DNA from: Acidimicrobiales bacterium
GTDB lineage: Bacteria > Actinomycetota > Acidimicrobiia > Acidimicrobiales > Aldehydirespiratoraceae
Direction of reading: 5' to 3'
DNA length: 64,000 bases
Assembly (NCBI GenBank): GCA_965116665.1
Contig: OZ220709.1
Span: forward strand, 1,940,062 to 2,004,061
The stretch's first letter is position 1. The number at the start of each line of letters is the position of its first letter. The position numbers and the translations under genes were made by a program. Shown in pieces: positions 7,244 to 15,338 of the stretch. The notes beneath the pieces were generated by a model. It was not told the origin of the DNA. It did not search any database and was given only the letters and a program-made list of their open reading frames with translations.

Positions 7244-8110
7244 TCAGGCCTCTACGCCTGGTACTGGCCGGTTCGGCGAAGGCCCGTCGGGGATGTGGAG
7301 GTCGGGGTGTGTGGCTGTGTAGTCGTTAAGGGCGTGTTGTGCGGCGTCCGTGACGGTGTCGAGCATGGCGGCGAAGTCTTGGTGTGGGTGTTGGATCATG
7401 CCTGTTCGGGTGATCTCGGTCCATCTTTCGGCGAGTTCTGCTTCGTGTTGGTATGCGTTGTCGAACAGGATGTCGAACCAGTCGTGGCCTGCTGTGGCGG
7501 GGTGTGCGGCTTGGTGGCGTGCGGTGAACTCGTCGAGGGCCGCGTTGGTGTCTATCGAGGGGTCTTGGAGGAGGCGGTTCAGGTCGTAGTAGTCGCGTGG
7601 GGCGAGCCGGTAGGGGTTCGCGATGCAGTCGAGTTTCGCTGCCAACATCGAAGCCGGCGAGTATCCCAAGATGGGGTTGGCGGTGTCGATGTGTGGGTAT
7701 CTGTCCAGGATTGTCCAGTGCGCAGCGGTGGGCCCGGCACCGGGGTGGTGGCGGGGTTTGACGTCGGCGTAGATGACGCCGGTTGTGGCGTTGGGCAGCT
7801 CCCAGTAGATGTTCAGCTTGTTGGCGCCCCATTTCGTGTCGAACGCGGTCTGGTGAGTCCTCGACGCCGCGTTGAGAACTCCGTCGAAGAAGTCCTGTAT
7901 GGCTGGTCTGGTGTCGACGGGGTGGATCCAGTCGAAGTCCAGGTCCTCTGAGAACCGCCAGTCGCGCCGGTAGCAGACCCGAAGCAGGGTCCCGCCTTTG
8001 AACATCACCCGTGGGACGCTTTGTTGGCGCGCCGCGACCGCGGAGACTATGTGGTGCTGGACCAGGTCGACGGGCTCCCATCTGTTATGCCGACTGGTCG
8101 GAGTGCTCAT
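7244..8110 (-). CDS. abiEii: AbiEii/DUF1814-type nucleotidyltransferase toxin
   Basis: FKGGTLLRVCYRRDWRFSEDLDFDW is the hallmark motif. The start was set at ATG 8110, which overlaps the upstream gene's stop as ATGA. The longer track ORF (to 8737) is an out-of-frame extension across abiEi. Confidence 0.85.
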   Translation of the reverse strand: MSTPTSRHNRWEPVDLVQHHIVSAVAARQQSVPRVMFKGGTLLRVCYRRDWRFSEDLDFDWIHPVDTRPAIQDFFDGVLNAASRTHQTAFDTKWGANKLNIYWELPNATTGVIYADVKPRHHPGAGPTAAHWTILDRYPHIDTANPILGYSPASMLAAKLDCIANPYRLAPRDYYDLNRLLQDPSIDTNAALDEFTARHQAAHPATAGHDWFDILFDNAYQHEAELAERWTEITRTGMIQHPHQDFAAMLDTVTDAAQHALNDYTATHPDLHIPDGPSPNRPVPGVEA

Positions 8111-8958
8111 GTCGAGACCACAGAAGCGACAGCGTCGGGGACCGCCGCCCAGTTGACTTTGCGGGCCGTGTCCCGGTATGCGACACGGGGCGGGCTGCCG
8201 GCGCGGCGCAGCGGCGCGAGGTGTATCCAGTCGTCGCCGCGAACCGCGGCGGAGCTCAGTTCGGCCCACCGGTGGTCGATGTCGAACCCCAGACTCTGCC
8301 CTGTCGAGAACTCGGCGAGGCCCTGCGCCAACGACGAGATCCGCCGCAGGCCGGCGCGCCAGCCCAAAGCGCCCGCAACCTCGGCGACCTCGGCTGGCGA
8401 GCACACCTCGAAGCGGTAGGCCAGCATGCGGCCCAGATACTCCTCCCATCGGTGTGCGCGGTGCGGCCAGTGGGCGCACTCCAGCACCGCCCGAGCGGGC
8501 GTCGACACCGATGTGCGCTCCGTCAGCTGCACCGCGCCCACCAGCAGCGATTCGGGGTTCTCGCGATATGACACGAACCCGAACGGATCGGTGTCGAACG
8601 CGACGCCGCCGGCCACGCTGACCTCCGGCCGGCAGATCAACGCCACCCCCGCCATCCCCAAAGCGGTCAGCCCCGAGATCCGGCGAACAGCGCAGCCGTA
8701 GGCCGCCTCCAGCTCCGCCTCCCACTGCGGAGTCCAATGATGCGAAACAGAGCCAGGGCCGACCAACAGTTCAGCTGCCGACGGCAATGAGACACCGAAG
8801 TTGCGCCATGTCCCCCGGCGGATCTTCTCCACCCGCCCCACGGCCGCCAACTCGCCCAGCGCCCGCGACGCCGAAGACGGACGCACCCCAGCCGCCCGCT
8901 CGAACTCCTGCGTCGAGAACACCGGCGCCAGACTCCCCAATACTTCGACAGATCCCAT
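8107..8958 (-). CDS. abiEi: AbiEi-type antitoxin / transcriptional regulator
   Basis: 283 aa with an N-terminal wHTH-like FSTQEFERAAGVRPSSASRALGELAAVGRVEKIRRGTW. It is translationally coupled (ATGA) to abiEii. Size and order match the AbiE type IV TA layout. Confidence 0.75.
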   Translation of the reverse strand: MGSVEVLGSLAPVFSTQEFERAAGVRPSSASRALGELAAVGRVEKIRRGTWRNFGVSLPSAAELLVGPGSVSHHWTPQWEAELEAAYGCAVRRISGLTALGMAGVALICRPEVSVAGGVAFDTDPFGFVSYRENPESLLVGAVQLTERTSVSTPARAVLECAHWPHRAHRWEEYLGRMLAYRFEVCSPAEVAEVAGALGWRAGLRRISSLAQGLAEFSTGQSLGFDIDHRWAELSSAAVRGDDWIHLAPLRRAGSPPRVAYRDTARKVNWAAVPDAVASVVST

Positions 8959-8960
8959 AC

Positions 8961-8994
8961 GAGAAGTATACCCGAGCCGATATGAGAAATATAC
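8961..8994. promoter_or_regulatory. direct repeats GAGAA(G/A)TATAC x2 abutting the abiEi start (candidate AbiEi operator)
   Basis: GAGAAGTATAC at 8961-8971 and GAGAAATATAC at 8984-8994, offset by 23 bp, in an AT-richer segment. The proximal copy is 3 nt from the ATG. Confidence 0.4.
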
Positions 8995-9036
8995 AATACG
9001 GCCGCTCGATCCCGCACCGCCGCCAACCCAGGGGAG

Positions 9037-9198
9037 TCAACGGCCAGCGGAGGGCCGGTTGCCGAGCCACTCATCGATGATGTGACGAGGCCAGCCGATG
9101 GTGTTCGCGCCCCTGGGGAACGTGCCGTCGGAGCGCCAGCGACGCAGCGTCCGGCAGCTGCCGCAGATGCAGTCAAGCACATCAGGCACTCGCAACAT
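9037..9198 (-). CDS. AlpA/excisionase-like HTH protein, orphan (53 aa)
   Basis: MLRVPDVLDCICGSCRTLRRWRSDGTFPRGANTIGWPRHIIDEWLGNRP parallels the Xis at 3655-3846 (RWR..G.FP....IGWP..I..W..NRP). No integrase lies next to it. Confidence 0.55.
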   Translation of the reverse strand: MLRVPDVLDCICGSCRTLRRWRSDGTFPRGANTIGWPRHIIDEWLGNRPSAGR

Positions 9199-9244
9199 GG
9201 CATTCGCACAGGGGCTGACGGCTGGAGGCCTCCCACTGAGGCTC

Positions 9245-9304
9245 AACCGCCAAGTCCATGCCGGCGGGTCCGCTGCCGATGATGGCCACACGGGTGTCGG
9301 GCAT
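9245..9304 (-). pseudogene. 5-prime stump of an FAD/NAD(P)-dependent oxidoreductase
   Basis: The minus strand from ATG 9304 reads MPDTRVAIIGSGPAGM..., a textbook GxGxxG dinucleotide-binding N-terminus. Family-like sequence then stops and the frame ends at 9182. Confidence 0.55.
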
Positions 9305-9505
9305 GCGTTCGGCTCCGCGGGTTCTTGGATCGGCTGGTCGTCGAGGCGGGCGACAATCCCGCCGCCTGCCAGACGGCGACGAGAGTATTGACTTTCGGAC
9401 GCTAACTGGTCCGTTCAGTGAGCGTGCAGGCCGGTCGGGGCTTGCTGCCCCAACCGGATCGCCATCCGGCCAGGGTCCCGACCGACGGCACCTAGACTGG
9501 GCCTC

Positions 9506-9793
9506 ATGTCCCGGGACCGGATCGAGCGCCGTCTGCGGGGAATCGGGCGGCAGTTGAGCGCCCTGCGGACCGATCTGCGCGTCTGCGAGGAGCAACTGCT
9601 GCAGGTCAGCGACGAGGCCGACGAGAGCCGCCTGCGAGCGCTGGTGTCCGAGACGCCGATCGCGGAGCGCGAGTACCGGGAGACCAGCCGGCACGCCGAG
9701 CGGCTGCGGCGCCACCGTGACGAGATCGCGGAGCGGATCGCCCGCCTCGAAGCCGATCAGGACGCCCTGCTGGATCGGTTCAGCGCGTCGTGA
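9506..9793 (+). CDS. small coiled-coil protein (95 aa), hypothetical
   Basis: Heptad-like, charged sequence (RLRGIGRQLSALRTDLRVCEEQLLQV...RIARLEADQDALLDRF). The stop overlaps the pdtaR GTG as GTGA. Confidence 0.5.
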   Translation: MSRDRIERRLRGIGRQLSALRTDLRVCEEQLLQVSDEADESRLRALVSETPIAEREYRETSRHAERLRRHRDEIAERIARLEADQDALLDRFSAS

Positions 9794-10383
9794 GCGCTGG
9801 CCCGGGGGACGCGGTCCGGGTGGTGGTGGCCGAGGACGAGTCCATCATCCGGCTCGACCTGGTCGAGACCCTGCGCGAGGAGGGCTACGACGTGGTGGCC
9901 GACACCGGCCGGGGCGACGAGGCGGTGGGGCTGGTGGCCGAGCACCGTCCCGACGTGGCCATCCTCGATGTGAAGATGCCGGGTCTCGACGGGATCGAGG
10001 CCACCCGCCGGATCGCGCCGCAGCGGGGAACGGCCGTGGTGATCCTCACCGCCTTCAGCCAGCGCGAGCTGATCGAGCAGGCACGTGAGGCCGGAGCCAT
10101 GACCTATCTCGTGAAGCCGTACCGGCGCGACGCCCTGGTACCCGCCGTAGAGCTCGCCCTGGCCCGCTTCAGAGAGATGGAGGCACTCGAAGGCCAGGTC
10201 GGTGACCTCGAGGGCCGCTTGGAGGTGCGCAAGCTCCTCGATCGGGCCAAGGGACGGCTCATCGACAGCCACGGGATGAGCGAGCAGGACGCCTACGTGT
10301 TCATCCAGCGCACCGCCATGTCGCAGCGCCGCACCATGCAGGCAGTGGCCGACGACGTGCTCGAGGACCGCCTCGCCCCGTGA
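9790..10383 (+). CDS. pdtaR: ANTAR-domain response regulator
   Basis: A receiver domain (VVVAEDESIIRLDL...DVAILDVKMPGLDG) plus ANTAR (KGRLIDSHGMSEQDAYVFIQRTAMSQRRTMQAVADDV). Its position upstream of polA matches mycobacterial pdtaR. Confidence 0.85.
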   Translation: MSAGPGDAVRVVVAEDESIIRLDLVETLREEGYDVVADTGRGDEAVGLVAEHRPDVAILDVKMPGLDGIEATRRIAPQRGTAVVILTAFSQRELIEQAREAGAMTYLVKPYRRDALVPAVELALARFREMEALEGQVGDLEGRLEVRKLLDRAKGRLIDSHGMSEQDAYVFIQRTAMSQRRTMQAVADDVLEDRLAP

Positions 10384-10416
10384 CTCACCGGCGCCGCTTG
10401 CCGTAGATTCTCCGCC

Positions 10417-13128
10417 ATGCGCTCGAAGGTGATGCTGATCGACGGCAACTCGCTGGCCTACCGGGCCTTCTTCGCCCTGCCGACCGACATGGCCACCGCC
10501 TCGGGCCAGATCACCAACGCGGTCTTCGGTTTCACGTCGATGCTGATCAACCTGTGGCGCGACCACCAGCCCGACCAGGTCGTGGTGGCCTTCGACCGCC
10601 CCGAGCCGACCTTCAGGCACGAGATGGTCCCCACCTACAAGGGGACCCGCGACTCCGCGCCCGACATCCTGCGCCAGCAGATGGGCCTGGTCCGGGAAGT
10701 CCTGGAGGCCCTGGCCGTGCCCACCGTCGACGCCCCCGGCTTCGAAGCCGACGACGTGATCGCCACCCTGGCCACCGAGGGCCGCGACGCCGGCGACGAC
10801 GTGATCGTGGTAACCGGCGACCGCGACACCTACCAGCTGGTGGAGGACCCCTCAGTGAGGGTGCTCTACAACCTGCGGGGAGTGTCCGACTACAAGCTGT
10901 ACGACGAGGCCGGCATTCTGGCCCGCACCGGCGTGACGCCCGCCGACTACGTGCAGTACGCGGCTCTGAGGGGCGACAACAGCGACAACCTTCCCGGCGT
11001 GCCCGGGGTGGGGGAGAAGACCGCGGCCAAGCTGATCAACACCAGGGGCGGCCTCGACGGCATCTTCGCCTCACTCGACGAGCTCACGCCCAAACTGCGG
11101 GAGAACCTCGCGGCCGCTGAGGAGCAGGTCCGCACCAACGCGGAGGTCATGCTGCTGGTGCGCGACGTGCCGCTGGAGGCCCGGCTCGACGATCTCACCC
11201 TCGGAGAGGTGGACGCCCAGGCGGTGCGCAAGCTGTTCGACTTCCTGGAGTTCCGCTCGCTGCACGCCCGGCTGGCCGAGGCTCTGGGTGACTCGCTCGG
11301 CGAAGACGCCGCCGGCGCAGACCCGTCGACGAGGGTGCTCTCGCCGGACGTCCTGGTGCTGGAGACGCCCGCGGCGGCGGCCGAGGCCCTGCGAGCTGCG
11401 GCCGCACAGGGTGCATCGGCCCCGCCCCTGGCGCTGACCGCTCCGGCCGGGGGACTCGCCGGTGGTCTGGCCTGGGTGGTCGGCGGGGCTGCCGGCCGGG
11501 TGGCCTTCATCTCCGGCCCGCTCCTCGACGATGCCGACGTGTCAGCTGCGCTCGCCGGTCTCCTGTCCGGGCCCGCCGGCCGCGCCGACCGCAGCTCGAG
11601 CCGTCCGCTGGCCGTTCACGGGGCCAAGACCTTGATGCGCCCGCTGCTGGACCGCGGCATCGACATGCGCGACCCGCTGATCGACACCATGCTGGCGGCC
11701 TACCTGCTCGACCCGGCCGACGCCCGCTACGACCTCAGCGACCTGGCCGGCCGCTATGCCGGCATCGACCCGCCCTCCCACGCCCCCCAGGAGGGTCGGC
11801 TGGACCTCGACGGCGACTCCATCGAACCCCACGATCAGGCCGGATGGGCCGCGCTGGCCATCGACCGCCTGGTCATGCCGCTGCGGGAGGCGCTGGCCGC
11901 GCAGGGTCTGGAGAGCCTCAACGACGAGGTGGAGGTGCCGCTGGTGCGGGTACTGGCCCGCATGGAGCACATCGGCATCGCGGTGGACCGCCCGGTCCTG
12001 GAGGGAATCCGCGACGAACTCGACACCGAGGCCGAGGAACTTCGCCACCAGGTGCTGGCCGACGCGGGGCGGCCCATCAACGTCAACTCGCCCAAGCAGC
12101 TGGCCGAGGTCCTATTCGAAGACCTCGGTCTCACACCGGTCAAGCGCACCAAGACCGGCTTCTCCACCGACGCCCAGTCCCTCGAGAAGCTCCGGGGCGA
12201 GCATCCCATCGTCGACCATCTGCTCGGCTACCGCGAGGTGGAGAAACTGCGCTCCACCTACGGGGTCGGCCTGCTGGCCGAGATCGGCCCCGACGAGCGC
12301 ATCCGGGCCACCTTCAACCAGACCGTGGCCCGCACCGGCCGGCTCAGCTCCGACGCTCCCAACCTCCACAACATCCCGGTGCGGTCCGAGCGCGGCCGGG
12401 TGTTCCGCACCGCGTTCGTGGCTCCCGCCGGCTGCAAGCTGCTGGTCGCCGACTACGACCAGATCGAGCTCCGGTGCATCGCCCACCTGGCCGAGGATCC
12501 CGGACTGATCGCGGCGTTCGAGGCCGGCGACGACATCCACACCGCCACCGCCGCCCGGGTGTTCGACGTCGACCCCTCAGAAGTCGGTGTGGAGAAGCGG
12601 TCCACCGCCAAGATGGTGTCCTACGGCCTGGCCTACGGGATGGAGGCCTACGGCCTGGCCCAACGCCTCAACATCGCCACCGGCGAGGCCGCCGAGATCC
12701 TCGACGCCTACTTCGAGGCGTTCCCCTCGGTGCGCCAGTACATGGACCGCACCGTGGCCGAGGCTCGCAGCAAGGGCTACACCGAGACCCTGTTCGGGCG
12801 GCGCAGGCAGATCCCCGAGCTGGCCAGTTCCAACGTGCGGCTGCGCCAGGCCGGCGAGCGCCAGGCGATGAACGCGGGCATCCAGGGGCTGGCCGCCGAC
12901 ATCTTCAAGGTTGCGCTGGTGCGGCTGCACCGGGCCCTGGAGGACCGGGCGCTGGAGTCCCGCATCGTGCTGCAGGTCCACGACGAGATCATCCTGGAAG
13001 CTCCCGACGCCGAGATCGAACCGGCGTCGGAGCTGACCCGGGAGGTGATGCGGGGCGCCTTCGAGCTGCGGGTGCCCCTGGAGGTCGACCTCCAGGTGGC
13101 GGCCACCTGGGCCGGCGCCAAGGGCTAG
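10417..13128 (+). CDS. polA: DNA polymerase I
   Basis: 903 aa. It has a 5-prime nuclease N-terminus (LIDGNSLAYRAFFAL) and Pol A motifs (LVADYDQIELR, RSTAKMVSYGLAYG, QVHDEIILE). Confidence 0.97.
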   Translation: MRSKVMLIDGNSLAYRAFFALPTDMATASGQITNAVFGFTSMLINLWRDHQPDQVVVAFDRPEPTFRHEMVPTYKGTRDSAPDILRQQMGLVREVLEALAVPTVDAPGFEADDVIATLATEGRDAGDDVIVVTGDRDTYQLVEDPSVRVLYNLRGVSDYKLYDEAGILARTGVTPADYVQYAALRGDNSDNLPGVPGVGEKTAAKLINTRGGLDGIFASLDELTPKLRENLAAAEEQVRTNAEVMLLVRDVPLEARLDDLTLGEVDAQAVRKLFDFLEFRSLHARLAEALGDSLGEDAAGADPSTRVLSPDVLVLETPAAAAEALRAAAAQGASAPPLALTAPAGGLAGGLAWVVGGAAGRVAFISGPLLDDADVSAALAGLLSGPAGRADRSSSRPLAVHGAKTLMRPLLDRGIDMRDPLIDTMLAAYLLDPADARYDLSDLAGRYAGIDPPSHAPQEGRLDLDGDSIEPHDQAGWAALAIDRLVMPLREALAAQGLESLNDEVEVPLVRVLARMEHIGIAVDRPVLEGIRDELDTEAEELRHQVLADAGRPINVNSPKQLAEVLFEDLGLTPVKRTKTGFSTDAQSLEKLRGEHPIVDHLLGYREVEKLRSTYGVGLLAEIGPDERIRATFNQTVARTGRLSSDAPNLHNIPVRSERGRVFRTAFVAPAGCKLLVADYDQIELRCIAHLAEDPGLIAAFEAGDDIHTATAARVFDVDPSEVGVEKRSTAKMVSYGLAYGMEAYGLAQRLNIATGEAAEILDAYFEAFPSVRQYMDRTVAEARSKGYTETLFGRRRQIPELASSNVRLRQAGERQAMNAGIQGLAADIFKVALVRLHRALEDRALESRIVLQVHDEIILEAPDAEIEPASELTREVMRGAFELRVPLEVDLQVAATWAGAKG

Positions 13129-13293
13129 CACCGGCGCGCCTCAAATCTGCACGGGTATTGCTCCCCTGCGACGGGTTTCTCTACTTATTTCGATTCGGGG
13201 ATCAGGCCGTGGCCGGCACGGCACCAACTCGGATGCTCGGCCGGTAGTCTCACTGGGTCCCATCCGCCTATTCAACCTGCCCGGAAAGACACC

Positions 13294-14685
13294 GTGACCG
13301 ACACTGCTACCGCCATCCTCGACCCGGCCCCGCCCATCGACATGGGCACCTTCGCCGAGGACGGCACCTACATCCCACGCCAGATCGTCGAGGACGATCT
13401 GGGCGACATCAGCCTCGACGACGCCTACGCCTCGACCATGGTGGTCGTAGAGGACGGCCAGATCGTGGAGGGCACGGTCGTCCGGATCGACAAGGAAGAG
13501 GTCCTGCTCGACATCGGCTACAAGTCCGAGGGCGTCATTCCGGCCCGCGAGCTGAGCATCCGCCACGACATCGACCCCGGCGACGTAGTCGCACTGGGCG
13601 AGGGGATCGAGGCACTGGTCATAACCCGCGAGGACAAGGAGGGTCGGCTGATCCTGTCCAAGAAGCGGGCCCAGTACGAGCGGGCCTGGGGCCGCATCGA
13701 GGAGCTCCGGGAGTCCAACGCCGCGGTGAAGGGCCTGGTGATCGAGGTCGTCAAGGGCGGGCTGATCGTGGACATCGGCCTGCGGGGCTTCCTGCCGGCG
13801 TCGCTGGTGGAGTTGCGCCGGGTGCGCGACCTCCAGCCGTACGTGGGCCGTGAGCTCGACGCCAAGATCATCGAACTCGACAAGAACCGCAACAACGTGG
13901 TCCTGAGCCGCCGGGCGTGGCTGGAGGAGACCCAGCGGGAGCAGCGCGAGGCCTTCCTCGACAACCTCCGGCCGGGCGAGATCCGCAGCGGCGTGGTGTC
14001 GTCGGTGGTGAACTTCGGTGCTTTCGTCGACCTCGGCGGCATGGACGGTCTCGTCCATGTGTCGGAGCTGTCCTGGAAGCACGTCGACCACCCCAGCGCG
14101 GTGGTGTCGGCCGGCGACCGCATCGACGTCCAGGTGCTGGAGGTCGACCTGGAGCGGGAGCGGATCAGCCTGTCGCTCAAGGCCACCCAGCAGGATCCCT
14201 GGCAGGAGTTCGCGGCCAGCCACCGGGTGGGGGAGCTGGTCTACGGCCGCATCACCAAGCTGGTGCCGTTCGGATCCTTCGTTCAGGTCGGCGACGGCAT
14301 CGAGGGCCTGGTCCACATCTCGGAGATGTCAGCCCACCATGTGGAGCTTCCCGAACAGGTCGTCACCCCCGGCGAAGAGCTGTGGGTGAAGATCATCGAC
14401 CTCGACCTGCAGCGCCGCCGCATCAGCCTGTCGATCAAGCAGGCCGCCGAGGGCGGCGTGGTCGCGGCCGAGTACCAGGAGCACTTCGGTGACCACGCCT
14501 ACGACGAAGAGGGCAACTACATAGGCACCGGCGGCTCCGAGGGCCAGCAGGCCTGGGAGGACTACTACTCCGAGGCCGGCGATGACTACATCGACGAGGC
14601 CGAGCACGCCGGCGCGGGGCCGGACGGCGGCGAGGCCGAGGATGTGGCCGACGAGGCCTCCGGCAGCCCCGCCGACGAGACCTGA
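13294..14685 (+). CDS. rpsA: 30S ribosomal protein S1
   Basis: 463 aa with a GTG start and four S1 repeats (e.g. GVVSSVVNFGAFVDLGGMDGLVHVSELSW). The C-terminal tail is acidic. Confidence 0.95.
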   Translation: MTDTATAILDPAPPIDMGTFAEDGTYIPRQIVEDDLGDISLDDAYASTMVVVEDGQIVEGTVVRIDKEEVLLDIGYKSEGVIPARELSIRHDIDPGDVVALGEGIEALVITREDKEGRLILSKKRAQYERAWGRIEELRESNAAVKGLVIEVVKGGLIVDIGLRGFLPASLVELRRVRDLQPYVGRELDAKIIELDKNRNNVVLSRRAWLEETQREQREAFLDNLRPGEIRSGVVSSVVNFGAFVDLGGMDGLVHVSELSWKHVDHPSAVVSAGDRIDVQVLEVDLERERISLSLKATQQDPWQEFAASHRVGELVYGRITKLVPFGSFVQVGDGIEGLVHISEMSAHHVELPEQVVTPGEELWVKIIDLDLQRRRISLSIKQAAEGGVVAAEYQEHFGDHAYDEEGNYIGTGGSEGQQAWEDYYSEAGDDYIDEAEHAGAGPDGGEAEDVADEASGSPADET

Positions 14686-14688
14686 GCT

Positions 14689-15309
14689 CTGCCTGAGATC
14701 GCACTGACGGGGGGGATCGGCGCCGGCAAGTCGACGGTGGGCGCCGGACTGGTCGAGCGGGGCGCGATCCTCATCGACGCCGATGAGATCGTGCGGGACC
14801 TCCAGCAGCCCGGCGAGCCCGTGTTCGACGCCATCGTGCGGCGTTGGGGGCCGACCGTGATGGCCGCCGACGGCACCCTCGACCGGGCCGCGGTGGCTGC
14901 GGTGGTGTTCAAGGACGCCGACGAGTTGGCCGCCCTCAATGCCATCGTCCATCCCGCGGTGGGCGAGGAGATGGTCAGGCGCAGGGCCGCGGCATCCGAG
15001 CATTCGCCCGGCGCGGTGGTGGTGCTCGACATCCCGCTGCTGGTCCGACCCGACGGGGAGCCGATCGCGAAGCGCTACCGCGACCTGGCCGGCATCGTGG
15101 TGGTGGACATCGATCCTGAGGTCGCGGTGCAGCGCCTCGTGGCCCAGCGGGGCCTGTCCGAGGACGACGCCCGGGCCCGCATCGCCAACCAGGCCAGCCG
15201 CGAGTCGCGCCTGGAGGTGGCCGACTTCGTGATCGACAACAACGGCACCGTCGCCGAATTGGAGCCCCAGATCGACGCCTGCTACCGCTGGGCCGCCGCT
15301 CTCGGCTGA
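14689..15309 (+). CDS. coaE: dephospho-CoA kinase
   Basis: The P-loop [13 protein letters not shown] lies upstream of the track's first GTG (14737), so the start must fall between the in-frame TGA at 14683 and 14704. Only CTG (14689) or ATC (14698) are available there. The start coordinate is uncertain. Confidence 0.85.
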   Translation: MPEIALTGGIGAGKSTVGAGLVERGAILIDADEIVRDLQQPGEPVFDAIVRRWGPTVMAADGTLDRAAVAAVVFKDADELAALNAIVHPAVGEEMVRRRAAASEHSPGAVVVLDIPLLVRPDGEPIAKRYRDLAGIVVVDIDPEVAVQRLVAQRGLSEDDARARIANQASRESRLEVADFVIDNNGTVAELEPQIDACYRWAAALG

Positions 15310-15338
15310 CCCCCGGCGCGCCAGTACGATCTGGTGAC

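Noticed and set aside
7234-7254. Hairpin TAGAGGC-N7-GCCTCTA spanning the abiEii stop codon, as a bidirectional terminator between vapC and abiEii.
   Set aside because: The stem is only 7 bp with no U-tract on either strand, so I cannot tell it from chance in GC-rich DNA. The same applies to the hairpin AAGCCGGGA-N7-TCCCGGCTT at about 43774-43798 downstream of tnp.
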